Below, in pieces: positions 19,841 to 29,642 of a stretch of DNA of 64,000 nucleotides. Within the stretch, counting starts at the first letter, position 1; every line of letters begins with the position of its first letter. The position numbers were made by a program, and so were the translations under genes. The notes beneath the pieces are model-generated. The model saw only the letters and a list, made by a program, of their open reading frames with translations, had not been told where the DNA came from and searched no databases. Origin of the DNA: an uncultured bacterium (GTDB lineage: Bacteria; Patescibacteriota; Patescibacteriia; CAIQCM01); the NCBI GenBank assembly GCA_963708045.1, contig OY970181.1, positions 887,566-951,565 on the forward strand. The letters run 5' to 3'.

Positions 19841-20603
19841 CGACGGTCAGAGTGTTTTGATCATAAGCCGGGATCACCGTTGCCGAAGCAAACGGATCCG
19901 ACGGCACCCTAGAAACACTGTCTACCAAACCCAGCACCAAGCCAATGGGAATATTTGGTTCGCCGCCGGAAGTTATGACCATGTCACCGACGGAAAATTC
20001 GGCATCGTGAGGAACAAGTCCTAATTTAATTACCAATCCCCGATTACCCGAAACGATTCCATTCGCTTCGGTGTGCCCAGAAACCAGCGCCGCCACAACA
20101 CACTTCTGATCAATCGTTAAAAGAACTGTTGCGCGTCCTCGTCCAACAGCAACAACTTTGCCAATCATAACCCCAGACCCATAAACAACTCCGTCACCAA
20201 TCATAACCCCAGATTCGTCCCCGCGATCAATTATAAGGGCGTGTGTGGAAGCGGATGGATCAATACCAACAACATTAGCGGCAATCAATTGTAAATCACT
20301 CCGTTTTTTAACATCTAAAAGTTTTCGCAAAGAATCATTTTCCTGTCTTGTCGCATCAAGCTCAGCTGAAGCAACAAGTGATAAAGCAAGTTTGTCTTTT
20401 AAATTATTATTTTCGCGAATAAGATTGCCGGCGCCTAAAATTGCGCGACCATAATTTGCAAAATTAATTGCAAACGATCTTCCACCTCCAGCGATATTTA
20501 AAAGGCCGCGCGTCAAAGCAGCTTCCGGTTTATTAAATATCGGAACAAGGTGAAAAACGCAAAAAATTGCGATGATAATAATTGAAAAACGAATTTTTTT
20601 CAT
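19818..20603 (-). CDS. mreC: rod shape-determining protein MreC
   Basis: N-terminal TM, coiled coil, beta-rich C-domain. Position after mreB. Confidence 0.6.
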   Translation of the reverse strand: MKKIRFSIIIIAIFCVFHLVPIFNKPEAALTRGLLNIAGGGRSFAINFANYGRAILGAGNLIRENNNLKDKLALSLVASAELDATRQENDSLRKLLDVKKRSDLQLIAANVVGIDPSASTHALIIDRGDESGVMIGDGVVYGSGVMIGKVVAVGRGRATVLLTIDQKCVVAALVSGHTEANGIVSGNRGLVIKLGLVPHDAEFSVGDMVITSGGEPNIPIGLVLGLVDSVSRVPSDPFASATVIPAYDQNTLTVVAVIHKK

Positions 20604-20614
20604 CGCGAGATAAA

Positions 20615-21655
20615 TTAATTGGCTCGAGCCGAAGGCAAGGCGATGGTTTTAAGTAGGTTGGGATCTTCAAGCAAAAGTCCGGTACCGCGAACAACGCAGG
20701 TTAACGGATCGTCGGCAACGCGAACGGGAATATGAGCCGCTTCGGAAATTGCCGACGAAAGACCACGCAAGAGCGCGCCGCCCCCAGCCAAGATAATGCC
20801 GCGTTCGTAAATATCGGCAACGAGTTCGGGTGGTGTGATTTCTAGCGTTGATTTGATATTTTCAATAATATTTCTAACCGAACGCGCCAATGATTCGCGA
20901 ATCTGCTCATCGGTCACGATTACTTCTCGAGGTAAACCCGTCATCATATCGCGTCCGCGCATTTCCATTGATAACGGCTCAGAAAGAGGCACGGCGGAAC
21001 CAAGACGAATTTTTATATTTTCAGCAACGTGCTCGCCAAGAATCATATTAAAGTGATCGCGTCCGTATTGAACAATATTTTTGTTCATCTCATCGCCAGC
21101 GATCGGAAGCGACTTCCAAGTAACAATTCCCGAAAGCGAGACAACGGCAATTTCGGTCGTGCCGCCGCCAATATCCACAATCATCGTTCCGATAGATTCA
21201 GTGATCGGAAGACGCGCACCAATCGCGGCAACAATCGGCTGTTCAACCAGAATTGCGTCGCGTGCGCCGGCGGAGAGAACCGCGTCTTCTACCGCTTTTC
21301 GTTCAACTTCAGTAACGTCCAAAGGCACACCAACAACAACTTTAGGACGCGGCGAAAAAATTGTTGAATTACTATGAATTTTTTCAATAAAATACTTCAG
21401 CATTTTTTCAGCAACTTCAAAATCGGAAATAATGCCTTTGTTTAGCGGGCGCGACGTGGTGATATAGCCCGGTGTTTTACCCATCATTTCTCGCGCTTCG
21501 TGACCAACAGCCAAAATCTGGCCAGTGCGATTGTTTACCGCAACAACCGATGGCTCGTTTATCACAATCCCCTTGTCGCGTACGAAAAGCAAGGTATTGG
21601 CCGTGCCCAAGTCTATTCCGATATCTTTTGACATTGATCCAAAAAATTTTGCCAT
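20615..21655 (-). CDS. mreB: rod shape-determining actin homolog MreB
   Basis: DIGIDLGTANTLLF phosphate-1 motif, DIGGGTTE phosphate-2, actin-fold length. Confidence 0.85.
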   Translation of the reverse strand: MAKFFGSMSKDIGIDLGTANTLLFVRDKGIVINEPSVVAVNNRTGQILAVGHEAREMMGKTPGYITTSRPLNKGIISDFEVAEKMLKYFIEKIHSNSTIFSPRPKVVVGVPLDVTEVERKAVEDAVLSAGARDAILVEQPIVAAIGARLPITESIGTMIVDIGGGTTEIAVVSLSGIVTWKSLPIAGDEMNKNIVQYGRDHFNMILGEHVAENIKIRLGSAVPLSEPLSMEMRGRDMMTGLPREVIVTDEQIRESLARSVRNIIENIKSTLEITPPELVADIYERGIILAGGGALLRGLSSAISEAAHIPVRVADDPLTCVVRGTGLLLEDPNLLKTIALPSARAN

Positions 21656-21679
21656 AGTCGTTTTTATTCGTTTGATGTT

Positions 21680-22075
21680 TTATGGGTTCTTAACTTCCGT
21701 TTTTTGCTTTAAAGAAATAAAGAAAAATTCTACAAGCGTCGCGGCGGCGGCAAGCATTATTCCATTCCACCACACAAGCATTTCTTTTTTAAAAAGAAAA
21801 AGCGAGACGACGGCGAGCACACCCACGATAATCGCTTGGCGAAAAGAAGCAGCCGCCAGCCGAGAAACGATTTCGTCGCGGTGGAAAATAATGCGGATAA
21901 TAAGACCAAAAAGAGAAAACAAACCAACAACGGAAAAAAACAAAGAAACATACAAAAGCGCGTGGCCAAAAAAACCGGTCGTGTTAGGATCAACGCGAAA
22001 AACAACTAACGCAAAGGTGGAAAGCGCCAAAGCGGTGGCCAAGGACATTACGGTTAAGTAAGCGCGTAGCGACAT
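21680..22075 (-). CDS. hypothetical 4-TM membrane protein
   Basis: 131 aa, four hydrophobic segments. The overlapping plus-strand ORF 21525..22061 is judged spurious. Confidence 0.35.
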   Translation of the reverse strand: MSLRAYLTVMSLATALALSTFALVVFRVDPNTTGFFGHALLYVSLFFSVVGLFSLFGLIIRIIFHRDEIVSRLAAASFRQAIIVGVLAVVSLFLFKKEMLVWWNGIMLAAAATLVEFFFISLKQKTEVKNP

Positions 22076-22114
22076 AATTACTTTAAAAATATACCGAGTT
22101 CTTAAGGCAACTTA

Positions 22115-22432
22115 TCAGAATTGTTCATCATTAACAAGTGTCCCGCGAAGGCTTATTTTAAGGTCATTAAAAACCAGACCCGAAGCCTGGTTCATAGCCG
22201 AAAAAAGACCATTTTTAAGGGCTTTTAGTTCAACCGCAGCGGCGGCCGAAACCGAAATCGCGTGAATAACGCCGTTCTTTTCACTAACCAGACGAATTCG
22301 CTCGGCAATTAAAGGATTTTTGGCAATAATATAATTCTGTCCTGCTTCAAGCGCCAAAGCAACCATTGCCTGGCAACCAAGTCTGACCGGCATCCGGCTT
22401 TGCATAAATTTTCCGAGTGAGGCAAATGACAT
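22115..22432 (-). CDS. hypothetical protein (weak resemblance to DUF464/Prp-like fold, unverified)
   Basis: 105-aa ORF. GVIHAISVSAAAAVE segment. No catalytic Cys. Confidence 0.3.
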   Translation of the reverse strand: MSFASLGKFMQSRMPVRLGCQAMVALALEAGQNYIIAKNPLIAERIRLVSEKNGVIHAISVSAAAAVELKALKNGLFSAMNQASGLVFNDLKISLRGTLVNDEQF

Positions 22433-22434
22433 AT

Positions 22435-22507
22435 TAACTTTTAACTGTTAACTTTTAACTATTAGTATTCGTTTACCTAAAAGTTAAAAGTTAAAACCTG
22501 AAAGTTA
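22435..22507. repeat. imperfect palindrome built of AAGTTAA/TTAACTT heptamers
   Basis: Arms 22435-22466 and 22477-22507 are reverse-complementary with a 10-nt loop. A solo arm of the same family sits at 35567-35595. Confidence 0.5.
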
Positions 22508-22508
22508 T

Positions 22509-25481
22509 TTAAAATTCCCTAAATTCGCAGATATCCTTAAAGTCGCAATTCTTGCACTTATACTCGTTAGGGTCGGCGCCAAAATCGCTTTTGCGAATTT
22601 GTTCAATACTGGATTGGATATATGTTCGCATCTTATCCAAATCTTTGTCCGTTCCCAAAAATTCCACGCTTGAGCCGTTATCCAAAAAAACAAAAATCAG
22701 TGATGATGGTTTTTTGCCAAGCACTTCAAGCGCCGCGATTTGATAAACCAACAATTGTTCTTTTTCTTCAAAACCAATGTCGTCTTCGGCTTTTGCTTTG
22801 CCAGTTTTATAGTCAACAATGCGAATCGTGCCGTCCAAAAGCTCGTCAACGCGGTCAATCGCCCCTCTAAAAGTCGCGTCACCGAATTTAAGATTGAATT
22901 TTTTTTCCAACCAAAGCGGTTTGATCGTTTGATCTTTTACTGAATCATAATATAACAACAGCTGTTTTTTCCCTTTGCCACGATATTCTTCTTTACTATT
23001 CGCATTATCAAACCATTCGTCAATCCAGCTTGCTTCATAAAGCGCGTCTAATTCTTCGCGCTTAATTAGCTCGCCCACCGTTTTTGGTTTTACTGCGCCG
23101 GCATCAAATAGACTTGTTTGCGCAGAAGCTTGCCGCTCGGCCACCGTTTCAAACATTTTCTGAAGCGCCGCGTGCATGGTTTTTCCAAAAGAAAATTGCC
23201 CCTTTCCCTTAATCGGAATCCTTAAAATGTGCGCGAACTTAAACTGCAGCGGACAGTTTTCAAAAGCCTTAAGTTGCGTGAAGGAAAAGGAATCCGAAAT
23301 TAAGGTTTTGGGTTTTGGGTTACAGGTTACAGGAGAAGGCGCAGCATTTCCCTCCCTTAAGGTAAGGGAGGGCGGGGGTGGGTTATGTTCCTTATTTGAT
23401 TTTTCTTGCGCCGTCGCGCCATATCCCAACTCAACCAAAAAGCGCGATGGTTTGCGTTTGCGCGCGCCGCCGTAATCATCGGCCGAAGTTAAAAACAAAC
23501 CTTTTTTAGCGCGAGTCATTCCAACATAAAAAAGTCGTCGCTCTTCTTCCAGGTGGTGATCGCCTTCCGGCAAAATTTCCTTAATAAGCGCGGGTGGCAG
23601 TTCAATCGCTTCGGCACGCTCACCCGAAGGAAACCGACGGTCAATCAGTGAAACCAAAAATACATAATCAAACTCCAGACCCTTAGAAGCGTGCACCGTA
23701 AGAACGCGAACCGCTTCGGGGCCAACGTCCGGATCAAAAGCCAGTCGCCCATCTTCCCCTGCCTCAAGCTGCAATTTTATCCTTTCCAAAAACAATTTAG
23801 CCGTTGGTTCTATTTCGTTCGCGACAAATTCTTCAACCACCTTCCAAAATTGATTGATATAATTTAGTGTGTCGTGATTAAGTTGGTTGTCTTCGCCGAC
23901 TAAGCGTCGTAAATAGCCAGTGTCTTCCAAAAAAGCAAAAATAACAACACGAACGTCGCTCTTTTTTGCAAGCTCGGTATGTCGCTCTATAAAACTTAAA
24001 AATTTATTAATTTTTGCGAGACCATCGGCTGTTACACCGAGCGTTGCCGCCTTGCCACAAGCCTCATAAAGCGACCAGGTGCCCTTTGCCGCGGCGTGCG
24101 TAAGCTTAACCGTGTCATCATGCGAAAGCTCAACAACTGGACCCACGAGCATCCGGTAAAGCGACGGGCTTTCGTGATAATTATCCAAAAGTTTTAAATA
24201 GTTGATAATATCCAGCACCACCGTTTTTTGATAAAGACCGCGCGAGGCGTAAAAAATATACGGAATCCCCGCCGCGGCAAGCGCCGCAATAAACGGATTA
24301 GCGCCATCGTTTGACCGTGATAAAATCGCGAATTGTGAATAATTGGTTTTGGGGTCGCTTATCAAAGTATCTTGAATTTTTTTAACCACCAACCGTGCCT
24401 CGTCGGTTATTGTTTCACCGTGCAAATGTTCAACTTTGCCCAAATCGGCATTATTCGCGTGTAATTTTTTTGACAAGCCATCACCAAGTTGCGCTTCAAG
24501 ACGATTTGGATTGTTAGCCTGAATAAATTTATAGGCCGCGTCCAAAATCGTTTGCGGCGAACGATAGTTTTCGGTAAGGATAACTTGTTTTGTCGTCGGG
24601 TAAAACTGTTTAAACTGCAAGATATTAGAAACCGACGCGCCGCGGAATTTATAAACCGACTGGTCGTCGTCGCCGACAACGGTAATATTTGCTTTGTCAC
24701 CCGCAAGCAAACGCAATAATTCAAATTGCGCAATGTTCGTGTCTTGAAACTCGTCAACGATCAAATATTTAAATTGCGAACGATATTTTTCTAAAATTGC
24801 GGGGCGAGTTTTAAAAAGACGAACAACCTCATTAATCAGATCGCCAAAGTCCATTGCTTCGTTTTCGCGCAGGAGTTGCGTATACACATGATAAGCCTCG
24901 GCCACTTCGTTAAGGCGCGTCGTCTCGTCAGTATCAGCTGGTCTGTCTTTATCTAGTTGTACGCTTTGCGCATACGCCAAATATTCAGCCGGCTGAATGA
25001 CTTCGTCTTTGGCGCGGCTAAAATGTTTTAAAAGCGCGTGAATAAACTTAGTCGGATTCCCTAACGGCTTGTAGTAATCTAATTTAAAACGATCAAGATT
25101 ATTTCTAATGAGCAACCATTGATCAGTTTCCGACAATAATTTGAAAGAATTAGGTAAGCCAATTGCAAGGCCGTGGTCACGCAAAATTCTTTCACCAAAC
25201 GCATGAAAAGTCATTACCCAAAGATCCACATAACCGTAAGGAAGCAGTTTATCTATGCGCTCTTCCATTTCACCTGCCGCTTTGTCGGTAAAAGTGACGG
25301 CCAAAATTTCATCGGTTTTAGCTTTGCCGGTTTCCACAAGATACGCCAGGCGTTTCGTTAGCACCGACGTCTTTCCCGTGCCTGCGCCAGCCACAATTAA
25401 AAGCGGACCATTATCGTGGATAATAGCCTCTTTTTGCGCCTCATTCGCACCTGCAAGTAATTTCTCGCTGGCTTCCGACAT
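22509..25481 (-). CDS. UvrD/PcrA-like superfamily-1 helicase fused to a C-terminal PD-(D/E)XK (Cas4/AddB-like) nuclease with Cys cluster
   Basis: AGAGTGKT Walker A, VDEFQDTN, helicase motifs. C-terminal IVDYKTGK...CKNCDFKDICEF. Probable start MSEASEKLL (the upstream extension overlaps the neighbouring gene). In-frame repeat/hairpin insertion at 23290-23400. Confidence 0.75.
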   Translation of the reverse strand: MSEASEKLLAGANEAQKEAIIHDNGPLLIVAGAGTGKTSVLTKRLAYLVETGKAKTDEILAVTFTDKAAGEMEERIDKLLPYGYVDLWVMTFHAFGERILRDHGLAIGLPNSFKLLSETDQWLLIRNNLDRFKLDYYKPLGNPTKFIHALLKHFSRAKDEVIQPAEYLAYAQSVQLDKDRPADTDETTRLNEVAEAYHVYTQLLRENEAMDFGDLINEVVRLFKTRPAILEKYRSQFKYLIVDEFQDTNIAQFELLRLLAGDKANITVVGDDDQSVYKFRGASVSNILQFKQFYPTTKQVILTENYRSPQTILDAAYKFIQANNPNRLEAQLGDGLSKKLHANNADLGKVEHLHGETITDEARLVVKKIQDTLISDPKTNYSQFAILSRSNDGANPFIAALAAAGIPYIFYASRGLYQKTVVLDIINYLKLLDNYHESPSLYRMLVGPVVELSHDDTVKLTHAAAKGTWSLYEACGKAATLGVTADGLAKINKFLSFIERHTELAKKSDVRVVIFAFLEDTGYLRRLVGEDNQLNHDTLNYINQFWKVVEEFVANEIEPTAKLFLERIKLQLEAGEDGRLAFDPDVGPEAVRVLTVHASKGLEFDYVFLVSLIDRRFPSGERAEAIELPPALIKEILPEGDHHLEEERRLFYVGMTRAKKGLFLTSADDYGGARKRKPSRFLVELGYGATAQEKSNKEHNPPPPSLTLREGNAAPSPVTCNPKPKTLISDSFSFTQLKAFENCPLQFKFAHILRIPIKGKGQFSFGKTMHAALQKMFETVAERQASAQTSLFDAGAVKPKTVGELIKREELDALYEASWIDEWFDNANSKEEYRGKGKKQLLLYYDSVKDQTIKPLWLEKKFNLKFGDATFRGAIDRVDELLDGTIRIVDYKTGKAKAEDDIGFEEKEQLLVYQIAALEVLGKKPSSLIFVFLDNGSSVEFLGTDKDLDKMRTYIQSSIEQIRKSDFGADPNEYKCKNCDFKDICEFREF

Positions 25482-25564
25482 AGAAGCCAGTTTACCACAC
25501 GAAACATTCAACAAAAACACCCCCGACTTTAATAGAAAGTGGGGGTGTTTTTGTTGTACTATTT

Positions 25565-26356
25565 TTAGAGTTGCGTGACGAGTTCGTTGGAATAAACACC
25601 GCAAGCGCCGCCCAAGTATTCGCAAACGCGAATATGATACGAACCTGATCCGCTAAACGCCTCAAGGTTGGTCGTGCGTGCCGCTGGATCGCTCAGGTAG
25701 ATATATTGATCGCCGTCGCGGGTTGGATAAGTTGGTGTCGCATTCTTTGACCAAACAATTTTAAAACCGTTCTTTGAATAACCATTAAGTGTCCAGCTGA
25801 CCGTCGCGCCCGTTACCGTTGCTGAGATAGAACTTACGGCATTGGATGTTTCATTCTTTGCTTCTGGTTTTTTTACTTCAGGTTTTTTTTCTTCAGCTTT
25901 TGGTGTTATTTTTAGCTTTGCAAGTGTTGTACAAAACAGCGCGTGCGCCTTAGCTTTGGTTGCGGCGTCAAAAACGCCGGTTTCCGGCAAGCCGTTATTT
26001 TTTTGAAAACTAAAGAGGGCGGCGCGAGTTACTTTTCCAAAGTAACCAGTGCTCTTAAGTTTAAAGAAACCTTTTTCGCGTAAAAAATCCTGCAACCGTC
26101 GGACGCTGGTGGTCTCTTCTGCTTCGCCGTCGCCAAGCGAAAGCTCGGCATCGGCGACATAACACGCTGTTCCTTTTTTAAGATCGTCCAATCGTTTTTG
26201 CAATTTTGTAATTAGCGTTTGTAACTGTTCTATGCCGTAATTGGCAAAAACGTCCTCGCCTACCGTCGTCACTGCTCCAGCCGGAACAGGCGGAAATGCT
26301 CCCGCAATGATCAAAAAAGCCAAGACAACGCCGATAAACCGGTATTTTTTAGTCAT
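25565..26356 (-). CDS. secreted protein with peptidoglycan-binding (PGBD-like) domain
   Basis: Signal peptide. VRRLQDFLREKGFF...GYFGKVTRAALFSFQKNNGLPETGVFD matches the PG_binding_1 pattern. Confidence 0.55.
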   Translation of the reverse strand: MTKKYRFIGVVLAFLIIAGAFPPVPAGAVTTVGEDVFANYGIEQLQTLITKLQKRLDDLKKGTACYVADAELSLGDGEAEETTSVRRLQDFLREKGFFKLKSTGYFGKVTRAALFSFQKNNGLPETGVFDAATKAKAHALFCTTLAKLKITPKAEEKKPEVKKPEAKNETSNAVSSISATVTGATVSWTLNGYSKNGFKIVWSKNATPTYPTRDGDQYIYLSDPAARTTNLEAFSGSGSYHIRVCEYLGGACGVYSNELVTQL

Positions 26357-26387
26357 AAATTAAATATTTAAGAGTTATCTTAAATTA

Positions 26388-26398
26388 ATTATAGCACA
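26388..26398 (-). promoter_or_regulatory. extended -10 box TGTGCTATAAT
   Basis: Minus-strand TGnTATAAT about 30 nt upstream of the 25565..26356 start codon. The same TTTGTGCTATAAT box recurs at 44155 and 58553. Confidence 0.4.
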
Positions 26399-26433
26399 AA
26401 TACTCGTTCTTTGCCGCGCGAAAAATCTATATC

Positions 26434-28788
26434 TTAAACCTCTATCTTTTGATACAACTTCTTTTGAAAAGAAAAAAATAACGAACGAATATGTTCAACA
26501 TTGCCAAGCACCTGTTCGGCATTGGCGATGGCATTATATTTTAAATTTAAAAGAATTGGCAATTGTTCTTCGCCCAGCTCATCCACGCCTTTTTCCGCGT
26601 ACTTGGATAAAGCAAAATTTACAAATTCTTTTTGTTTTTCGTTTAACCCCTCGTAAATTATGTCTTTCGTTTGCTCTATCCGCTCAGCCCTGGTAACCGG
26701 ACGGGTTAGAAACGATAAGTAAGCTAAAACGTCAAAAAGATCGCTTTGTTCGGCGTCAACCAACTGTTGAAAAGTTTGGAGTACGTCGGCACTATAACCT
26801 AATTCAGCAAGCTTTCCCAAAAAAACTTTTCGCGTCGTTGGATTAGACCAAATTTTTCTAAGCTCGTCTTCATTTTTGAAAAATTCCGGCAAAACGCCAA
26901 ACATATTTTCCAAAAATTCCTGAACCGAAAGCGGTTTGCCGTCGGCACCCCAAAACGAGGTAGAGATCATATGCTTAATCTCGCGCTCTTTGCCGTCACG
27001 GAGTTTAATCTTCAATTTCACCTTTGGTGAATTATCACAAATACATGGAGCTTGACCGCAAACAGAACAGGTTCGCGGCGGTCGTTCACATTCACAAGGT
27101 TTTTTGCCGCACATTTTACATTTTTCTGGTGTCGGCGGCTTGCCGGTTGATACATCAATCGGTTCGCCGTCCCATTCGGGGTCGGAAAAATGTTTATAAG
27201 CGTCAACAAAGTCGTAAATTGTAAAATATTCTTTGCCGTCAAAAAGCCGCGTGCCGCGCCCAATAATCTGCTTAAATTCAATCATTGAATTTATCGGACG
27301 CATTAAAATAATATTGCGGATATTCCGCGCGTCAACGCCCGTAGAAAGTTTTTGCGAGGTCGTTAAAATCGTAGGAATAGTTTTTTCGTTATCTTGAAAC
27401 TCGCGCAAAAATTGTTCACCACGCCCGCCGTCGTTGGCAGTTACGCGCACGCAGTAATTTGGATCTTTGTTATCTTTCATTTGGTTGACTAAGTCGCGAA
27501 CTGCAGCAGCATGAGCCTGATTAGCGCAAAAAATAATTGTTTTCTCGTTTTGGTTAATTTCATCTAAAATTACACGAACCCGTTTTGCTTCACGTTCTTT
27601 AATAATAATAATTTTATTAAAATCATCCTCTTCATAACGTTTTCCTTCTTCAACCTCACCCTCAATAATTTGGTCATCTGAAGTATAAATATAATCGTCT
27701 AAGGTTGTTTGAACACGTTTAACCTTAAACGGTGTTAAAAAACCGTCGTTTACGCCTTCTTTAAGAGAATAAATATATACAGGATCGCCAAAATATTTAT
27801 AAGTATCGGCATTGCCTTTTCTTTTTGGCGTTGCCGTTAAGCCAAGTTGTACCGCCGGTTTAAAATACTCCAAAATATCGCGCCAAGTACTTTCGTCGTT
27901 GGCACCGCCACGATGACACTCGTCAATAATTATTAAGTCAAAAAAATCAGGAGGGTATTCGCCAAAATACGGACTATTGCCGGAGCCGCTCATAAAAGTC
28001 TGGAAGATTGTAAAATATACGCTCCCACTCATTGGCACGCCGCCTTTTTTCCGAATATCCATCGGATCAATCCGAACCAAAGCGCCGTCGCCAAAAGCCG
28101 AGAAAGCATTAAACGCTTGATCGGCTAAAATATTGCGGTCAGCCAAAAATAAAATTCGCGGTTGCCGCACCCTGTCGCGTTTTAAATTCCAGCGCGTTTG
28201 AAACAACTTCCAGGCAATTTGAAAAGCAATAAAAGTTTTACCCGTGCCCGTCGCGAGCGTCAAAAGCACGCGATTTTTTTCTTCAGCAATCGCGTTCATT
28301 ACATTATTAACCGCGATCTCTTGGTAGTAACGCGGTTTCTTGCTTGTTCCGCCGTCTTCAAACGGTACGGCATCAAATTTTTCTTTCCATTCATTCTGAT
28401 CGGAAAAAGTTTTGTTCCACAGCGCGTCCGGCGTCGGAAAAGCTACAATCTCGCCCTCGCGACCCGTTTTCATTGAAATTTCGTAAATCCCCTTTCCGTT
28501 TGTTGAATATGTATAATCAAGATGCAGTTTGGCCGCATACGCCTTGGCTTGACCCACTCCGGCGCCGACCTCTTCAGTATCAGCCTTGGCTTCTACCACG
28601 CCAAGCTTGCAATTTTTGTAAACCAAAATATAGTCGGCGATTTCCGCTTTGCTTCGCGTGCCGCCCACTTGAATCCGCCCTTCGGTAATATGAAACTCGC
28701 GAAGGATTTTTGACCCTTCCACCACGCCCCACCCACTTTCTTTAAGTTTGGGATCAATATATTCCGCTCGTGTGTCGGCTTCGTTCAT
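26434..28788 (-). CDS. hsdR: Type I restriction enzyme R subunit (compact HsdR)
   Basis: N-terminal EADTRAEYIDP...GW and VVEAK (PD-(D/E)XK). SF2 helicase TLATGTGKT / IIIDECHRG / TTSQKLSTGVD / QIIGRGTR. C-terminal Cys-rich insertion CKMCGKKPCECERPPRTCSVCGQAPCIC. Confidence 0.75.
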   Translation of the reverse strand: MNEADTRAEYIDPKLKESGWGVVEGSKILREFHITEGRIQVGGTRSKAEIADYILVYKNCKLGVVEAKADTEEVGAGVGQAKAYAAKLHLDYTYSTNGKGIYEISMKTGREGEIVAFPTPDALWNKTFSDQNEWKEKFDAVPFEDGGTSKKPRYYQEIAVNNVMNAIAEEKNRVLLTLATGTGKTFIAFQIAWKLFQTRWNLKRDRVRQPRILFLADRNILADQAFNAFSAFGDGALVRIDPMDIRKKGGVPMSGSVYFTIFQTFMSGSGNSPYFGEYPPDFFDLIIIDECHRGGANDESTWRDILEYFKPAVQLGLTATPKRKGNADTYKYFGDPVYIYSLKEGVNDGFLTPFKVKRVQTTLDDYIYTSDDQIIEGEVEEGKRYEEDDFNKIIIIKEREAKRVRVILDEINQNEKTIIFCANQAHAAAVRDLVNQMKDNKDPNYCVRVTANDGGRGEQFLREFQDNEKTIPTILTTSQKLSTGVDARNIRNIILMRPINSMIEFKQIIGRGTRLFDGKEYFTIYDFVDAYKHFSDPEWDGEPIDVSTGKPPTPEKCKMCGKKPCECERPPRTCSVCGQAPCICDNSPKVKLKIKLRDGKEREIKHMISTSFWGADGKPLSVQEFLENMFGVLPEFFKNEDELRKIWSNPTTRKVFLGKLAELGYSADVLQTFQQLVDAEQSDLFDVLAYLSFLTRPVTRAERIEQTKDIIYEGLNEKQKEFVNFALSKYAEKGVDELGEEQLPILLNLKYNAIANAEQVLGNVEHIRSLFFSFQKKLYQKIEV

Positions 28789-28953
28789 AAAGTATTTAAT
28801 TTTGCCTTAAATTAGACGTTTTGTCAACCCTTCAGTAGGGTTATCAACTTCTCTTGTAAAGAACGTTAAAACCTGCTATATTCTATACATAAGAAGTAAT
28901 TCCTCTCGCGTTGGGATACCGCATGGCGTCCCGTTAAAGCGAGGGGTTTTCTT

Positions 28954-29583
28954 TTATGAAAACAGTAACCGCTCGTCAATAATTTTGTCTTTTATAATTT
29001 CATAAAATTCATAATCTCCTCTTTCGTACTTGCGAAATATAGCCCAGGAAATAAAATCAACCGCTTGTAAACCTTTCTCGTCGTGCGAAGCCGCAAGCGA
29101 CATTTCAAATTTACAATCGCGCCTTTTCTTCATCGCTTCGGTTATGTAAGCGATAAAATTATCGCGTAAATTCTTTTTTGTATCCTTTCTGTCAACCACG
29201 AGAAATAGTTGGTTATCGCCGTCAACGCGTTTTGAATTTATCAAACGGTCAAGAATTACGTTTGCCGTGTAGTTATAGAGATAGTTTTTCTGATTTTGCA
29301 AATCAACATAGACCTTTTCTTTATTTAAAATTGTAGTTACTACGGCGATATCTAGCTGTGAAAGCGATTTAAGCACCCTCGTGCGCGTAACATCGTCGCA
29401 ATGATACGCATGAAGTTCTGAAAACTTATGCTTGTGTTTCTTTTTCAAACCATTTTTAACTTTTTTAATTACGCGCTCAAGCAGGCGCGGATCATTCACA
29501 ACAACCAAAGTAAACAAAAACCACTTACTAGATTTCTTAGAAAATCCTAGATCACCGCTTTCATCAAGAAATATATAAGCCAT
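28954..29583 (-). CDS. DUF3800-family protein
   Basis: Starts MAYIFLDESGDLG (DUF3800 N-terminal DESG signature) with a later Q..AVDFISWAI motif. Probable start at the Met preceded by AGGAA. 29 nt downstream of hsdS. Confidence 0.5.
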   Translation of the reverse strand: MAYIFLDESGDLGFSKKSSKWFLFTLVVVNDPRLLERVIKKVKNGLKKKHKHKFSELHAYHCDDVTRTRVLKSLSQLDIAVVTTILNKEKVYVDLQNQKNYLYNYTANVILDRLINSKRVDGDNQLFLVVDRKDTKKNLRDNFIAYITEAMKKRRDCKFEMSLAASHDEKGLQAVDFISWAIFRKYERGDYEFYEIIKDKIIDERLLFS

Positions 29584-29642
29584 ATTCACAATATTCCTGT
29601 CCGGATTAGACATTAGATATTAGGAATTAGATATTCATCGTA

